Source: Phoronis australis
Lineage: Eukaryota > Animalia > Phoronida
Reading direction: 5' to 3'
Length of the DNA: 64,000 bases
NCBI GenBank assembly: GCA_002633005.1
Contig: NMRA01000320.1
Location: forward strand, 420,405 to 484,404
Position 1 is the first letter of the stretch. Each line of letters starts with the position of its first letter. A model generated the notes under the pieces. It did no database searches and was not told the DNA's origin. It saw nothing but the letters and a program-made list of their open reading frames with translations. Below are positions 1 through 11,130 of the stretch, one piece after another. A program made the translations under genes and the position numbers.

Positions 1-105
1 CTAGACAACGGGTGAAAAACAACATGACCGCCGGTCCTCTAAATCGGACTGACTCACCCAAAACTTCAGGACCTCCGGGGATCAAATGGGACCGTCGCAC
101 CAGAA

Positions 106-277
106 AATGGGACTGACGCACCTAAAAACATGACCGCCCCACCACAAAACAGGACCGCCGGGGACTGAACATGACCGCCGGGGAATGAAACAGCATATTC
201 TCCGGCGGTCATGTTCAGTCCCCGGCGGTCCTGTTTTGTGGTGGGGTGTTCATGTTTTTAGGTGCATCAGTCCCATT
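106..277. repeat. Long hairpin/foldback palindrome (MITE-like), right arm cut by an N
   Basis: Arm aatgggactgacgcacctaaaaacatgaccgcc...catgaccgccggggaat (106-~187) is almost the reverse complement of attctccggcggtcatg...ttttaggtgcatcagtcccatt (~197-277). The internal subrepeat catgaccgcc also occurs at ~23-32. Confidence 0.85.
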
Positions 278-629
278 NCACGGATACGGCAAACGCCACG
301 TTGAGGCAAACTTGCCGTTTATCGGGTCCCAAAAAGCCCCTCAGTCCCTAAGTAACGCACTGAAATTCATAAGCCCAGAAATCAGTTCTAATCAAAGAAA
401 TTAAAAAATAAGTTGAGACCACTTTATAACGTTCAGTTCACGCAAATTTAAGTGAAGTCAAATCCAAGACGTAAAAGGTTACAAGTGAGGTCAAGACTTT
501 TTGAGATATTCTGTTAGCATATGAGAGACTGTTATACTATTATCATCTTCAGGGTTGGCGTCCAGGTGTTGCAGGTAATTTCAATTTTTTAGGTTACTTA
601 AAGTTGATCATATGAAAATGAAAATAATT

Positions 630-856
630 GCAGGCTGTCTGGTACGCGTTGTACCAGACGTGTGCAGGCAGCTCATAAGGGCCCATTGCACTGATCACAA
701 GGAACCATTTTTGTGCTTTATTGATATGTAGTTAAAACTGAGCAGAGAAGCTAGAAACCAGACACAAAGGTCCAGCAGTGTGGCCCAGTGAGGCTCGAAC
801 CCACGACCTCAAGTAAAGAAAGCGGGTACCTATCACACTAGGCCGCACTGTCTCCT
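630..856 (-). mobile_element. tRNA-derived SINE
   Basis: The minus strand begins ggagacagtgcggcctagtgtgatagg (A-box-like) and has the B-box GGTTCGAGCC (+792-801), followed by a non-tRNA body. No intact cloverleaf. Confidence 0.65.
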
Positions 857-2200
857 ATAGTTGATCGTATTGTTTGTGTTGTAGTGGCATACATTGAGTA
901 TTTAATCTATGCCAACAGCTTCGGCGTTGTTTCATTCATAATAGGATTTCGTTCTGTAAATCGCAATCTCTTGATCACCATTTGCCCATAGCTAGAATAG
1001 AATGAAAGATTTTGAATGCTATGTTACAGTCAGAGTATTAAACGTGAACTTCACCTTCAACGGAACTTATCGAGTCAGATTTGTCTTAGCTGCGGAGTGT
1101 TAGGATATTACAGCAATTGCGCTCGGTTCTGCACTACTGCAAATTTCTGTAAAATTACGTTTCTTGTTGAGAACTGAAGGAGACACGAAACAGTTTTCCA
1201 GGCTCTAATAGTACTGTACTCAATAATCTATGAAATATATTACACTTGATTGTACTCGTGAGCAAAATCGGTAAAAGCATGAGGACTTAGTAAGTGCAAT
1301 ATTTGCCTCGGTAAATTTTTAGCCGTGTGCTGTGTAAAAGTGATACCACACCATTTTAGACTGTGAGCCCTTTACTACAATGTCTACAATCCGCCAGTGC
1401 TTCATTTGACTCTTCCATTTGAAATGCGACGTGTATGACGCTCAATGGGCGTTAACTGCATCGACTATTTGGGTAAGCGCCCAAATCCAACTTCTGAACA
1501 ACATCGTTAAAATCGACTACGACCATGCTCGGCTAAACGCCCACCCCCTAATGCTCGAGTTCCCAGTTCAAGCGCCCCCTTGGATAGCGATGATAGTTTA
1601 ATATTCCCATTTATTATTGTGGGTTTATTGTCTAGAACCCGGATATGCTCACTGCGGTTTCAGGGCTGAATTTTATTGTATTCTATTTTTGTGTAGGTCT
1701 TCATAAATTGGTAACTGTTAAAACATTTAAGCGGTCTGGGCAGAAATCTGGACGAGTACATAATTTCTAAATGATGAAAATAAATTAATGTGTGTGTTTA
1801 ACACGGAGAGCTCTTTTCTCGTGTACCACAACAATAGTATTCACAACTGTTCCTCGATTTTATGAAATAAAAGAATCAAAGAACACGTGTTGCCCTCAGA
1901 TATCTCCGAACTGTTAAAGATTAATTTACAAAATGTGGGCACATTTTTCCATCATAACCCTGCTCTCTTAGCAAAAACGTTGTGGTAAACTGTAATGAAA
2001 CTATGGTACCTGTACTTTAAGTTTCGCTGCTAATTGTTAGAAACTCAAAAGTCATCATTAGTTCAGCCCATACAATGAAGCTTTGTCACTCGCCTACAGT
2101 GATTTGTTTTCTAGGGAGACAAAGGACGGTATTCGACAGATCAGGATAGGCAAAAACATTTTGTTCTTGAAAGAGCGGGTATTAAAGTGGCTAAAAACCT

Positions 2201-2349
2201 GGCGTGCGTTCAGTAGACGCTAGGACCTACGCTAGGACCTAGCTAAAACCTAGTCAAAGTCACGTGTTCTTATTTAAAATGCACGGCAATATCTCACGTA
2301 ATCTCGCGAAGTCTTGCTTTTTAGCGAGGTCCTAGCGTTACTGAACGGG
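2201..2349. mobile_element. MITE copy 1 (TIR cgttcagta..cgctaggacct)
   Basis: Terminal inverted repeats are present, and a reverse-complement copy lies at 37674-37821. Confidence 0.8.
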
Positions 2350-3761
2350 AGACTGTCTTCCATTTACTTATCACTGATTACTTGCAGTCAAACTAGATGA
2401 TTTCAGGACACGGATAGAACAGGGGGCTGATTATCGAAATCTTTTGGCTGTAAAATCGTTCTACTAGTACGCCTGTTTCACAAAATCAAACTAAGGTCAA
2501 TAAAAGTTGGTCAAAATCTGTCCACATTAACCCGAAGCAAAAAGATATGAATCACAAATTGGCTTGTCACGGCGCCGAGCACGGTCTCAAAGAATAGCGA
2601 ACTTACAGCTCTAGTTTGCAAACCCCGGCAGTAATCACTTGTCGTCTGAACAACCATAGCAAAAATTCGTCTCCCGTTGGAACGCGTGCTCTGACAGCTG
2701 CTCAAAACCAAAACGTAGATTAGTAATTACAAAGATTTGAGACTTGTCCAACTGTAGCGATTTTTCTGTTTCATTCCACAACAGTAAACATCCATCGGCT
2801 GAGTCCGATGGCCACGACCTAGCTCAGTGGTGAGCTGTCACGAAATCAAAGGAAGTCTCATGAACCGAGTTCGTTAGAATAGAATTACCTGGTTAGGGAA
2901 AAGGCGCTGAGTTCGGAGGAATAGAACTGTGTATGTATCAGAAAAGAATAAAGGTTCGCAAGTAATCCGAAACCGATAAAACTACACTGTTTTAATAGCG
3001 GTTCGGAAGTGCTTCCTCACTGTCCGCACTGGCGTTAGATTTACGGTGAGGAATCAAGATTGTCTGCCCGCCACCTGCGCACCAAACTTTTGGCGGACCG
3101 CGGCACTGCGAGCAAGGCTGCCATTGTAGGCCACGCCGAGAGGAAAGAACACTAAAGGTGACCTGTCTAGTATTGTCCACGACATACTCATTATACCAAC
3201 AGGCAGGTCGTCATTTTACGACAGATTAAATACTCATCTAGAGATTCTTAATTTCTATCTCTCTGATTATACCGAGAAACCAATGTGTTTCTTGTTTCTA
3301 GAACATTCGATTCATCACACGTTATTCAGCAATAGAAGCAATACCACTTATTAGTCTTTGATACATAGTAGCTGCCAATGGAAGAAAACAGACGGTAATA
3401 CTACTCACACTTTTAATGTTTTTCACTACATCAATCTCTGAGCATTCGGGTCACCTTAGATGACGTCACAAGTTCGACATATTTACTGCACGAGCTCATT
3501 GGCATGATAGGTGATTTGAAGAGACCCCTGATGAAAACACCCGGCCATCACATTATCACATTACTATTAGACTATATAGCATGCTTACTCTGATGAAAAC
3601 AACTAGAAATATAAAAGCGGCATTATCGTTTTTACTGCAGAAAATCCATTTTTGAAGTATTGTTGAATGGGATAGATTTTTCACGTTTGCGTGTGCGTGT
3701 ATATATAGTATTGCTCACAATGACGTCACACGGAAATGGACGAACTTTTTATCGAACTACA

Positions 3762-3927
3762 CAGTGGCGGATTTAGGGGGGGCAAGGGGGCCATGACCCC
3801 CCATAAAATTTTCCCATATTCTATTTGGCAATTCGGGAGGTAGATGTCTGAAAGGCAAAATCCTGACTAATACTCTGCCCTCCCACCCGCCCCCCACCCC
3901 AAACTCAAAATCCTGGATCCGTCCTTG
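3762..3927. mobile_element. CAGTGGCGGAT-type non-autonomous DNA element (MITE)
   Basis: Starts cagtggcggattt and ends ggatccgtccttg, with G-/C-runs inside. Same terminal family as 4238, 7642, 33387-33602 and 39050. Confidence 0.7.
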
Positions 3928-4237
3928 TTATATAGCCATTCTATCCCAGTCGTGCGAGAGGCAGCACTGCAAAAAGAGCATGTAACTCGGCTTCTCAGTC
4001 ATTGATTAAACAGAGCAACTAATGTTCGAACATTCCGATCGAGAATTGTACCAGTATACTGCTCTATCTATTGAGAAATTGCGTTGTGGCTTGCGAGGGG
4101 CTGCAACCAAAAGAACAGACTAACTCGATGCACTGTAAACAAGTTTGTGCGTGTTTGACACACGCAAGGTCGCTATGCATCAAATAAAACAATAAACAGA
4201 ATTCATTACATTTCCCCGGCTCATTCCCGTACCAAAT

Positions 4238-4545
4238 CAGTGGCGGATCTACGTTTTCAGGGGGTTTAGGATTCCCGCAAAGGTCGAATCCTAGGCGCGT
4301 GGCGCCGAGCCGGGGGAGGTTGGGAGGGGGGGTTTCCCCCTCCCGTGTAAGACATTAAATCCCTTCTCGATTTCGTCACATGAACTTGGCTCGTAAGTTT
4401 CGTGAAACCATATTGTGCACATCTGCGTATGAGTCACGCCACCAGCAAAAATTTTTGCTGGAACATCTGCTTACACACAACTTTTTTAGCATACGAAAAG
4501 TCATATACGAAAAAATGTGGTGTGTATACAGGGGTTTAGACAACT
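4238..4545 (+). mobile_element. CAGTGGCGGATC-type MITE, right end unclear
   Basis: The first ~110 bp (cagtggcggatctacgttttcag...cctcccgtgtaaga) match the element at 39050-39272. Confidence 0.65.
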
Positions 4546-5031
4546 ACCAAATATTCAAGAGCATAAGGAGCGCCGACGGGGCGTAAAAACTTGAATATCA
4601 GATGATCGCGTAACAGCAGCCTCAAGTTGTTTAAGAACGAAGACCTGTACTGTTAGTCCGGAAATAAACATATGTTCTGTCTCGTTACAAGAAAAACTGG
4701 CGAACGATGGTGCTCTCAGCTCATAGTCTATTATTAAAAGCGACAATAAATAATTAAGTATCACTTTATTAAGCTGAATCACGTTGACAACAATTGAAAA
4801 ACGTCAAATGCATCAGGAAACAAATCATCTGAAAACAGGTTCACGAAACCAAAACATCCTGTGCACAGTGGTGAAAAGATAATACTGGGCCAGTTTGCAG
4901 AAGGACCAGATGTACACTGAGAGTACACAAAAAGGCTGACCTGGTCCGTCACGAGACCAAGAGTACACCTGTGCTTATTATCCGTGTAAAAATAGTCAAT
5001 CTGTCGCGGGACCAAACAGTACTGGCTGAGA

Positions 5032-6503
5032 TAAATAGTTTTATATGCGCTAACTGCGAAGCGATACCGAAGCTAGTTTACAGTGAAACAACACGTGTAG
5101 TTGAGATAAAAGGTCATATATATTATGACAAACTAAACTACTACAGATATCAGTAATTACAAAAGTTATATAACATGCTGAACTGTAAAGGTGGGTGACA
5201 ATCTGCCTCCAATGAAGGGTATACACAAGTGGTGAATACTAAGTTAAGAAGCAACATGCGGAAGCATAACAGCAACACCGGGACAGCGACATGTGAAATT
5301 TGAGGATAACAGAGAAAGAAAGAAAATTGGTTTGAGGGAAGGAGGGAAAGAGAAATTGAGTGAAAAATGAAAGTTGGAGCGAATTGTGGACGATGGCCCA
5401 GTGTTGCGACAAGACAAAGAGATCACGTGGTACAATTGAACCAATAATCGTAAAACAAATAGGGTCACTGACCTGAGAATCCAAACAATATGATAATGAG
5501 GACAAAGCAGTATAGCTTACATAAAATAATTTAATACTTAAATAGTTTTTATATGCGCTAACTGCGAAGCGATACCGAAGCTAGTTTACAGTGAAACAAC
5601 ACGTGTAGTTGAGATAAAAGGTCATATATATTATGACAAACTAAACTACTACAGATATCAGTAATTACAAAAGTTATATAATATGTTGAACTGTAAAGGT
5701 GGGTGACAATCTGCCACAGATGCAGCAGAAGGATGCATCCGCCCACACAAGGGAGAGCGAGCGAGGCTGACAAAAGCAGCATAAGAAAACGGGGGCAAAA
5801 GTAGGCCTAAGCCCGTAAAAGGAAAATGTAAACAATGAGTGGTACAGCTAGGTAGCATGACACAATAAAAACAAAATCATGTAGCCACAAAACAAGGTGT
5901 CGTAACCATAGTAATTGAAACCCAGTGGAATATAAACCTACCTTGAAGAGATAGCGTTGAGGATCGAGACCGACGCACCCAAGTACCAGGTTAAGGTGGC
6001 GAGTGAAGTAAGAGCGAGTTATGGGGGAACCATTTGGTAACTGGAAGAGAGGGCCGGAAGAATGGTTGGAGAGAAAGAGGTAGTGTTGAAGTGTTGCAAC
6101 AGGGCAATGGGGACCGGTAGAACGGGGGATAACGCGAATGTTAGGGGTGTGATCGTGATGTTTGAAGTGGGAGATAGTGAGAGACATGGACGAAGAAGTG
6201 ACTGAGACAACAGAGACCTGGAGGACAGAGAATAGGGATGAGGCAGAGGTGGCGACAGTAAATTCGCTAACACGAAGGAAGGCGTGAAAGGCAGTGGAAA
6301 GCACAGAGAGATGCATGGAAATGAGAGTTGAGAGCAGAGAGCAGGGCGTTGAGAAGGCGGTGAAGAATAGGTGTAGTTATGGGGAGCCGGGTGTCCACGG
6401 ATGGCCGCGAATTGGACACCCCCTTCAGAATTTTCTTGACCAGAAAAGAGGAGGTAGGGTCAGGCAAGGAGTGCAGTTTATGAATGAAACCGATGGCAAA
6501 CAA
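5032..6503 (-). mobile_element. 5'-truncated DIRS-order (Ngaro-like) tyrosine-recombinase retrotransposon relic with split direct repeats
   Basis: Frameshifted YR fragment IGFIHKLHSLPDPTSSFLVKKILKG...DTRLPIT (6503-6267), then AFHAFLRVSEF...CPVATLQHYL...GPLFQLPNGSPITRSYF...GLDPQRY (6316-~5945). The HSFRIG catalytic box is deleted. Near-identical ~176-bp direct repeats lie 3' of the ORF at 5032-5207 and 5539-5715. Confidence 0.8.
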
Positions 6504-6679
6504 ATCACAAGACTAGTTCACCGAGCGATCACAAGTACACTGAAATTCAATATCTACACAAATCAAGCTGGCCTGGTCCGTCGCGAGACCTAAAGTGTAC
6601 TATGCAAAAAAAAAATTGAATTGAAAACTTCTCTCTAGACAATTTTTAATCCCCAGTAGTTACTCATACGCTAGTCCTA

Positions 6680-7330
6680 TCCTTCTGTTGTCTAGACTGC
6701 CGAGGAATCCGTGTATCGGATCCAATGGTTTGCTCGTCTTGGAACCATTCTGTCCAGATATCTTCGATGTTTGTTCTCAACGCTTGCACTTCGTCAACTG
6801 TTGTGTTAATGAGCTTGTAAGCCTCTACAATACCAGCATCTCGTTTCGCAGCTCAGTTGGCACTAAGACCCTTGAGGTTGCCAAGTCCATTCAAAAGACT
6901 TACAGCATGCGCAACTAAATTTGATCCGTCCATCATGGACTACTTCAAACCTTGACGATGTATCCCAGGACCTATTTGCGTCTTTTGCAATTATCGAAAT
7001 AAAATTCCTAATGTCTGAACGCTTGAAACCCGAAGTACTAACATCAAATAAATGGCCATGGGCATGAGCGTTTTGTCGGGTGGTTCTTTCTGCGGAAATT
7101 CCCAGTATAGAAGACGGCAGTGTGCTTATTGCGGTAGAAAGACGGTAGCTGTTGATGTCGGAACTAGGGCTCCTTAGGAGTACTATTGAACATTGCACGA
7201 GACCCGCTAGACTTTGTTGTGAAAGAACAGCCTCCCCGCAATTTCTGGTACTGTACACTGTTCGCGAATGCGGTCACTTTGTCAATGTGAGTGCCCCCTT
7301 GGTCATGACTTGTTACAGTGTATCTTCAAC
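6680..7330 (-). pseudogene. Degenerate hAT-superfamily transposase (THAP12/PRKRIR-ZMYM1-like)
   Basis: Manual minus-strand translation across frameshifts gives IHCN(S)H (CxxH motif), VPEI, FNSTPK, then LVAHAVSLLNGLGNLKGLSAN*AAKRDAGIVEAYKLINTTVDEVQALRTNIEDIWTEWFQ...IPRQSRQ. This is typical of the hAT 'KGLSxxLQ..DIVxAY...PR...RQ' region. Confidence 0.65.
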
Positions 7331-7641
7331 CGGACTCGCGACCAGACCACGGCGCCCGCCACAATAGCATTTCTTCGGAAAAAGATTTTTTTTAGATTTA
7401 TTACATGTACACTGTATGATATTGCTCAAAACAACTTTACTATACATCATTCAAATTCGAGTTACAAACATGTGGAGTGTAATAGAATGACACGGCATGA
7501 CAGATGAGGTAAAAACGTTGTCCGTCAATTCGCCTGAATATCAGGGTTGCGGCACCACAGTATTTCCCCTAATCAAATCAAAACATGTCTTAAAGTAAAG
7601 AGGCCAGTTACCTAAAGAAATCAGCTATAGAGCTGTTCTTT

Positions 7642-7934
7642 CAGCGGTGGATCCATCTAAAATGCTTGGCTACTTCAGAAGTGTCGACGGAAGCGCGCGC
7701 ACAATTCATCTCCGCACGTTTTACCTATAAGCCATGAAGACTCAGCAATTCACAATGCGAAAAATTATATTTTCAGAGTGAACCTCCCCCCCCCCNNNNN
7801 NNNNNNNNNNNNNNNNNNNNNNNNNNNNNNNNNNNNNNNNNNNNNNNNNNNNNNNNNNNNNNNNNNNNNNNNNNNNNNNNNNNNNNNNNNNNNNNNNNNN
7901 NNNNNNNNNNNCCCCCCCCGTAGATCCGCCTCTG
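7642..7934. mobile_element. CAG(T/C)GG(C/T)GGATC MITE spanning an assembly gap
   Basis: cagcggtggatc ... poly-C/N-gap ... gtagatccgcctctg. Confidence 0.6.
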
Positions 7935-9412
7935 CAAATGTATGCGTCAAACTAGGGCAGCCCGGGTTATTCTGGAAGCTGGTGTTAGACTGAGATATTA
8001 ATATCGAAAACCTCCATACGGAGAAGGAAATAATAAAAATACACACAAGACGTAAAATCCTATCAGCATGATGTATGTATAAATGCTTTAGACGTATTGA
8101 ACCAACGATGACTGCTAATCGCTGTAACACAAAGGCCTCACAGTCATCCAATTGCTGAAAACCAGAAATGAAACTGGTAAAGAATCGTTTGCTTACAGTG
8201 GGGATTATTTATGGAACATTCTTCTTCTATTCACAATTCTGCATCATCCCTTATAAGTTTTAAAACAGAATTATTAGAAGAATTTAATTAGAAGTGTTCT
8301 GTGTAGCAAATATCATGCATTCAATATCCTCAGACCAACCAACGTATGTACATGAATGTATTGCAATTTATTAACTACTATTTATTATTTATTAAGTAAT
8401 TATTTTAATTTAATCATGTCGTCTTGTACTTTAGTATCTTCTATTGTTTGTTTATTACTTACTTTGTTTCAACAGTTTTTCCATCTCAGTTCCATATTCA
8501 TCATTACTGACCATTCAAGTCTTGTCTTTCATTTTTGTAAGTTTGTTTGTGTGTCTTACTGTCTTTGTGTGTTTTTATTGAGGGACCCCATGGAAACCAA
8601 CGAATACTGAAAGGGTTACCCTCATTGTAAATATCACAATAAATAAAAAATAAACGAAATAAACATCCAAACAAATGCATGCCCATTGATTCTGACAAAC
8701 GGAATTCTGCGAGTCGCATTCATGCATCGCTTTCACTTGACGAACTATTGTAGCCTTTCGTTGCCTCCTGAGAGCCTTCGGCTTCATGTAAGTCGAAAAT
8801 TCAGTCAAGTTCCTGACTGCATTCATTGACTTCCTTATTTTGAAAGTCACGTGAGTTCACTAGCCTGATAGGTGACGTTTGAAAAAAGACTGTTCTTTTA
8901 TTGTTACTATTATTCCTTATGTGAATTAATACTACGAACTAACACCAGGGTATACACGGAGAGTGAGCTTATAAAGGTGTTGCCGTTACTGAGAGAACAT
9001 CAACATGAAACTGAAAGCAAAACTTAGACAAAAGCGATGCGGGGTCAAATAAACTTTGCCCTTGTTGGAAAGCCAGGTCCTCTCCTTTGCTAAGTTACTC
9101 GACCTTATGATCAATCATGAGCCAAAATCATATCGGAGTAGTCTAGTTTACGTACCAGTCTAAAAAGCGCGAAATGGGAGTGTTTCATGCAGCCTCGTGC
9201 TACCGCACTCACGAATCTTTCACATCAATTAGGCATAGACTAATATGTTTCAGTTGTTACGTTGCGGATGGATGTTCATGAATAGAATTATAGGAAATGT
9301 TTCATTTTTATGGGGGTAATACAATTTTCAATCAAAAGGTTTCAAATCACAGAATAGGATTATAATACCTTTTTGGTCGATCTCAATTAATCTCGCTGGC
9401 AGATATTAAATA

Positions 9413-10576
9413 AATAGCTCACTTGCGAGTTTCTCGCTAGTCACTGTGACGTCACCGGAAAGGGGGCAAAACCCGCCATATTGCTCTTGTTTTGCCCCGA
9501 GTCTTTGCTGCACACGCTAAAACTTACTGGAGTTCTTATGGTGAATTTTACGCTTAAAACGTTAAAACAACTTAAGATATGGTAGATGGGTCGTGGAATA
9601 ACTGTGAATAGACGAAGAAAATGTGAACTTGTTACGTTGTGCGAAGATGTGAACGGACTGAAATTGGAACTTAACCCGCTTTAGGCCTGAATGGCGCAGG
9701 CATACAGGGGCGATAGTGTATCCCCATAAAAAGATATTCACTTCAAAATACAGCAAATAAAATCAAATGAAACATGCATATGTGCACATGAAGTTATAAT
9801 TAACACATACCCTGACTCTGGACACAATTTAGTGTACAAATAACTTGAGCATATTCATGAAAACCTCGCGGTTCTCTCGAGCTTCTCTCACTAGCCGCCA
9901 TTTTGAGAAAGTTACGTGAAATCACGCTTGTTGACGAACAAAAAGTCCAAGGGACACAAATCTTACAAATTTCACTTGATATTTTCTCATGCTATTTTGT
10001 AAGTGTCACGCGCCAGATCTCGCGCTTCGCTCAGTCTCGCGCTAGCCTTTGCCTCATACTCACATGACTCAGTTGAAATACTTGATTGTGGTTATCGCGC
10101 GCGCGGACAAACTTAACAGTAACCACAAAGTGGAGTTGGAGTTCTTCGCCTAAGTCACCTGAATTCCCGTGTATATGCTTCATCGAAGATATGTTTAGAA
10201 GCAGAAAGAGTCACTGAAGAAAGTAAGAGCCTTTTAGGTGCTAATTTTAGGTGTGGAATGTATTTTTGACGAGGTGAAAACTTAATCAGTGAGCGGATTT
10301 CGCCTACCGCCCGTTTAAAATACACGGGACGAAATTAGTACAGAACGCGATAGAACGTATTGTAGTGCGAATCTGAAGTTCATTTGCCATAAACAGCAAT
10401 GCTTTTGGACATTTTTCGAACTAAACGGATAAAAACTCGAAGACAATAACAGAATACACTCTGCTACCGTATTGGGCAAATGACCAAACGACAAGCTTTT
10501 GCCCCACTTCCCGTGACGTCACAGTTAAGTCTCACATAATCTCGCGTTATTGTTATAAACTCGCAAAAGGCCTATT
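9413..10576. mobile_element. ~1.16-kb DNA transposon relic with imperfect TIRs (AATAG...CTATT)
   Basis: The left end aatagctcacttgcgagttt...ctgtgacgtcaccggaaagggggcaaaa matches the reverse complement of the right end ttttgccccacttcccgtgacgtcacag...aaactcgcaaaaggcctatt. Superfamily uncertain; TAG termini recall Academ. Confidence 0.55.
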
Positions 10577-10840
10577 ATTGGTGCATTGGTGTATTTGTAC
10601 TTGAACATGTTGCAACTGGGATACTATGACTTGGGTACTCAATTACTTGGATTAACCAACTGTCACTGAGTTCGAAATTATAATGAAATATTGAAATATA
10701 GAGTTGGTGCGATAAAACTGTGATCATAAAATTTCACTTTTCTTCAAGTCAAGCAGATAGGTCTGTAAAATCGAACGCATGTCCTTGCATTGCACCGCGG
10801 CAGTGCTCTTGTGGTTGGCGCCGTGTTAGACTGACACCAA

Positions 10841-11130
10841 TCGTTGGCCAAATGGGTGAACTTTGCGCCTTTAAATTACGAGCGTAAGCTAATTCTTGTT
10901 AGAGGCGTAAAGAAAGTATTTAGAGGCATGAAATAATTGTTTGCGGCGTAAAGAAATTATTTGCGGTGTTAAGTAATTTTTGACGGGCTAAGTAATTATT
11001 TGCGGCGTTGAAAGTTACTTTACGCCCCAAATAATGACTTAACGCCTCTAAATAATTACTTTACACCTCTAACAAGAATTAACTTACACACATATTTTAA
11101 CGGCGTAACGTTCATCCGTTTGGCCAACGA
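10841..11130. mobile_element. Palindromic MITE with internal ~20-bp subrepeats
   Basis: tcgttggccaaatgggtgaac... versus ...gttcatccgtttggccaacga. The arms stay complementary for ~100 bp. Repeated aattatttg/gcggcgt units inside. Confidence 0.85.

Noticed and set aside
770-856. tRNA gene
   Set aside because: It has A/B boxes but no convincing cloverleaf and continues into a SINE-like body.
5807-6503. Bacterial or phage integrase (contamination or HGT)
   Set aside because: The motifs and split direct repeats fit eukaryotic DIRS/Ngaro tyrosine recombinases, and the flanks are eukaryotic repeats.
8575-8850. 91-aa minus-strand ORF (MKPKALRRQRKATIVRQVKAMHECD...)
   Set aside because: No recognisable family, non-ATG start in the track and no supporting exon chain; cannot be supported without homology or expression data.
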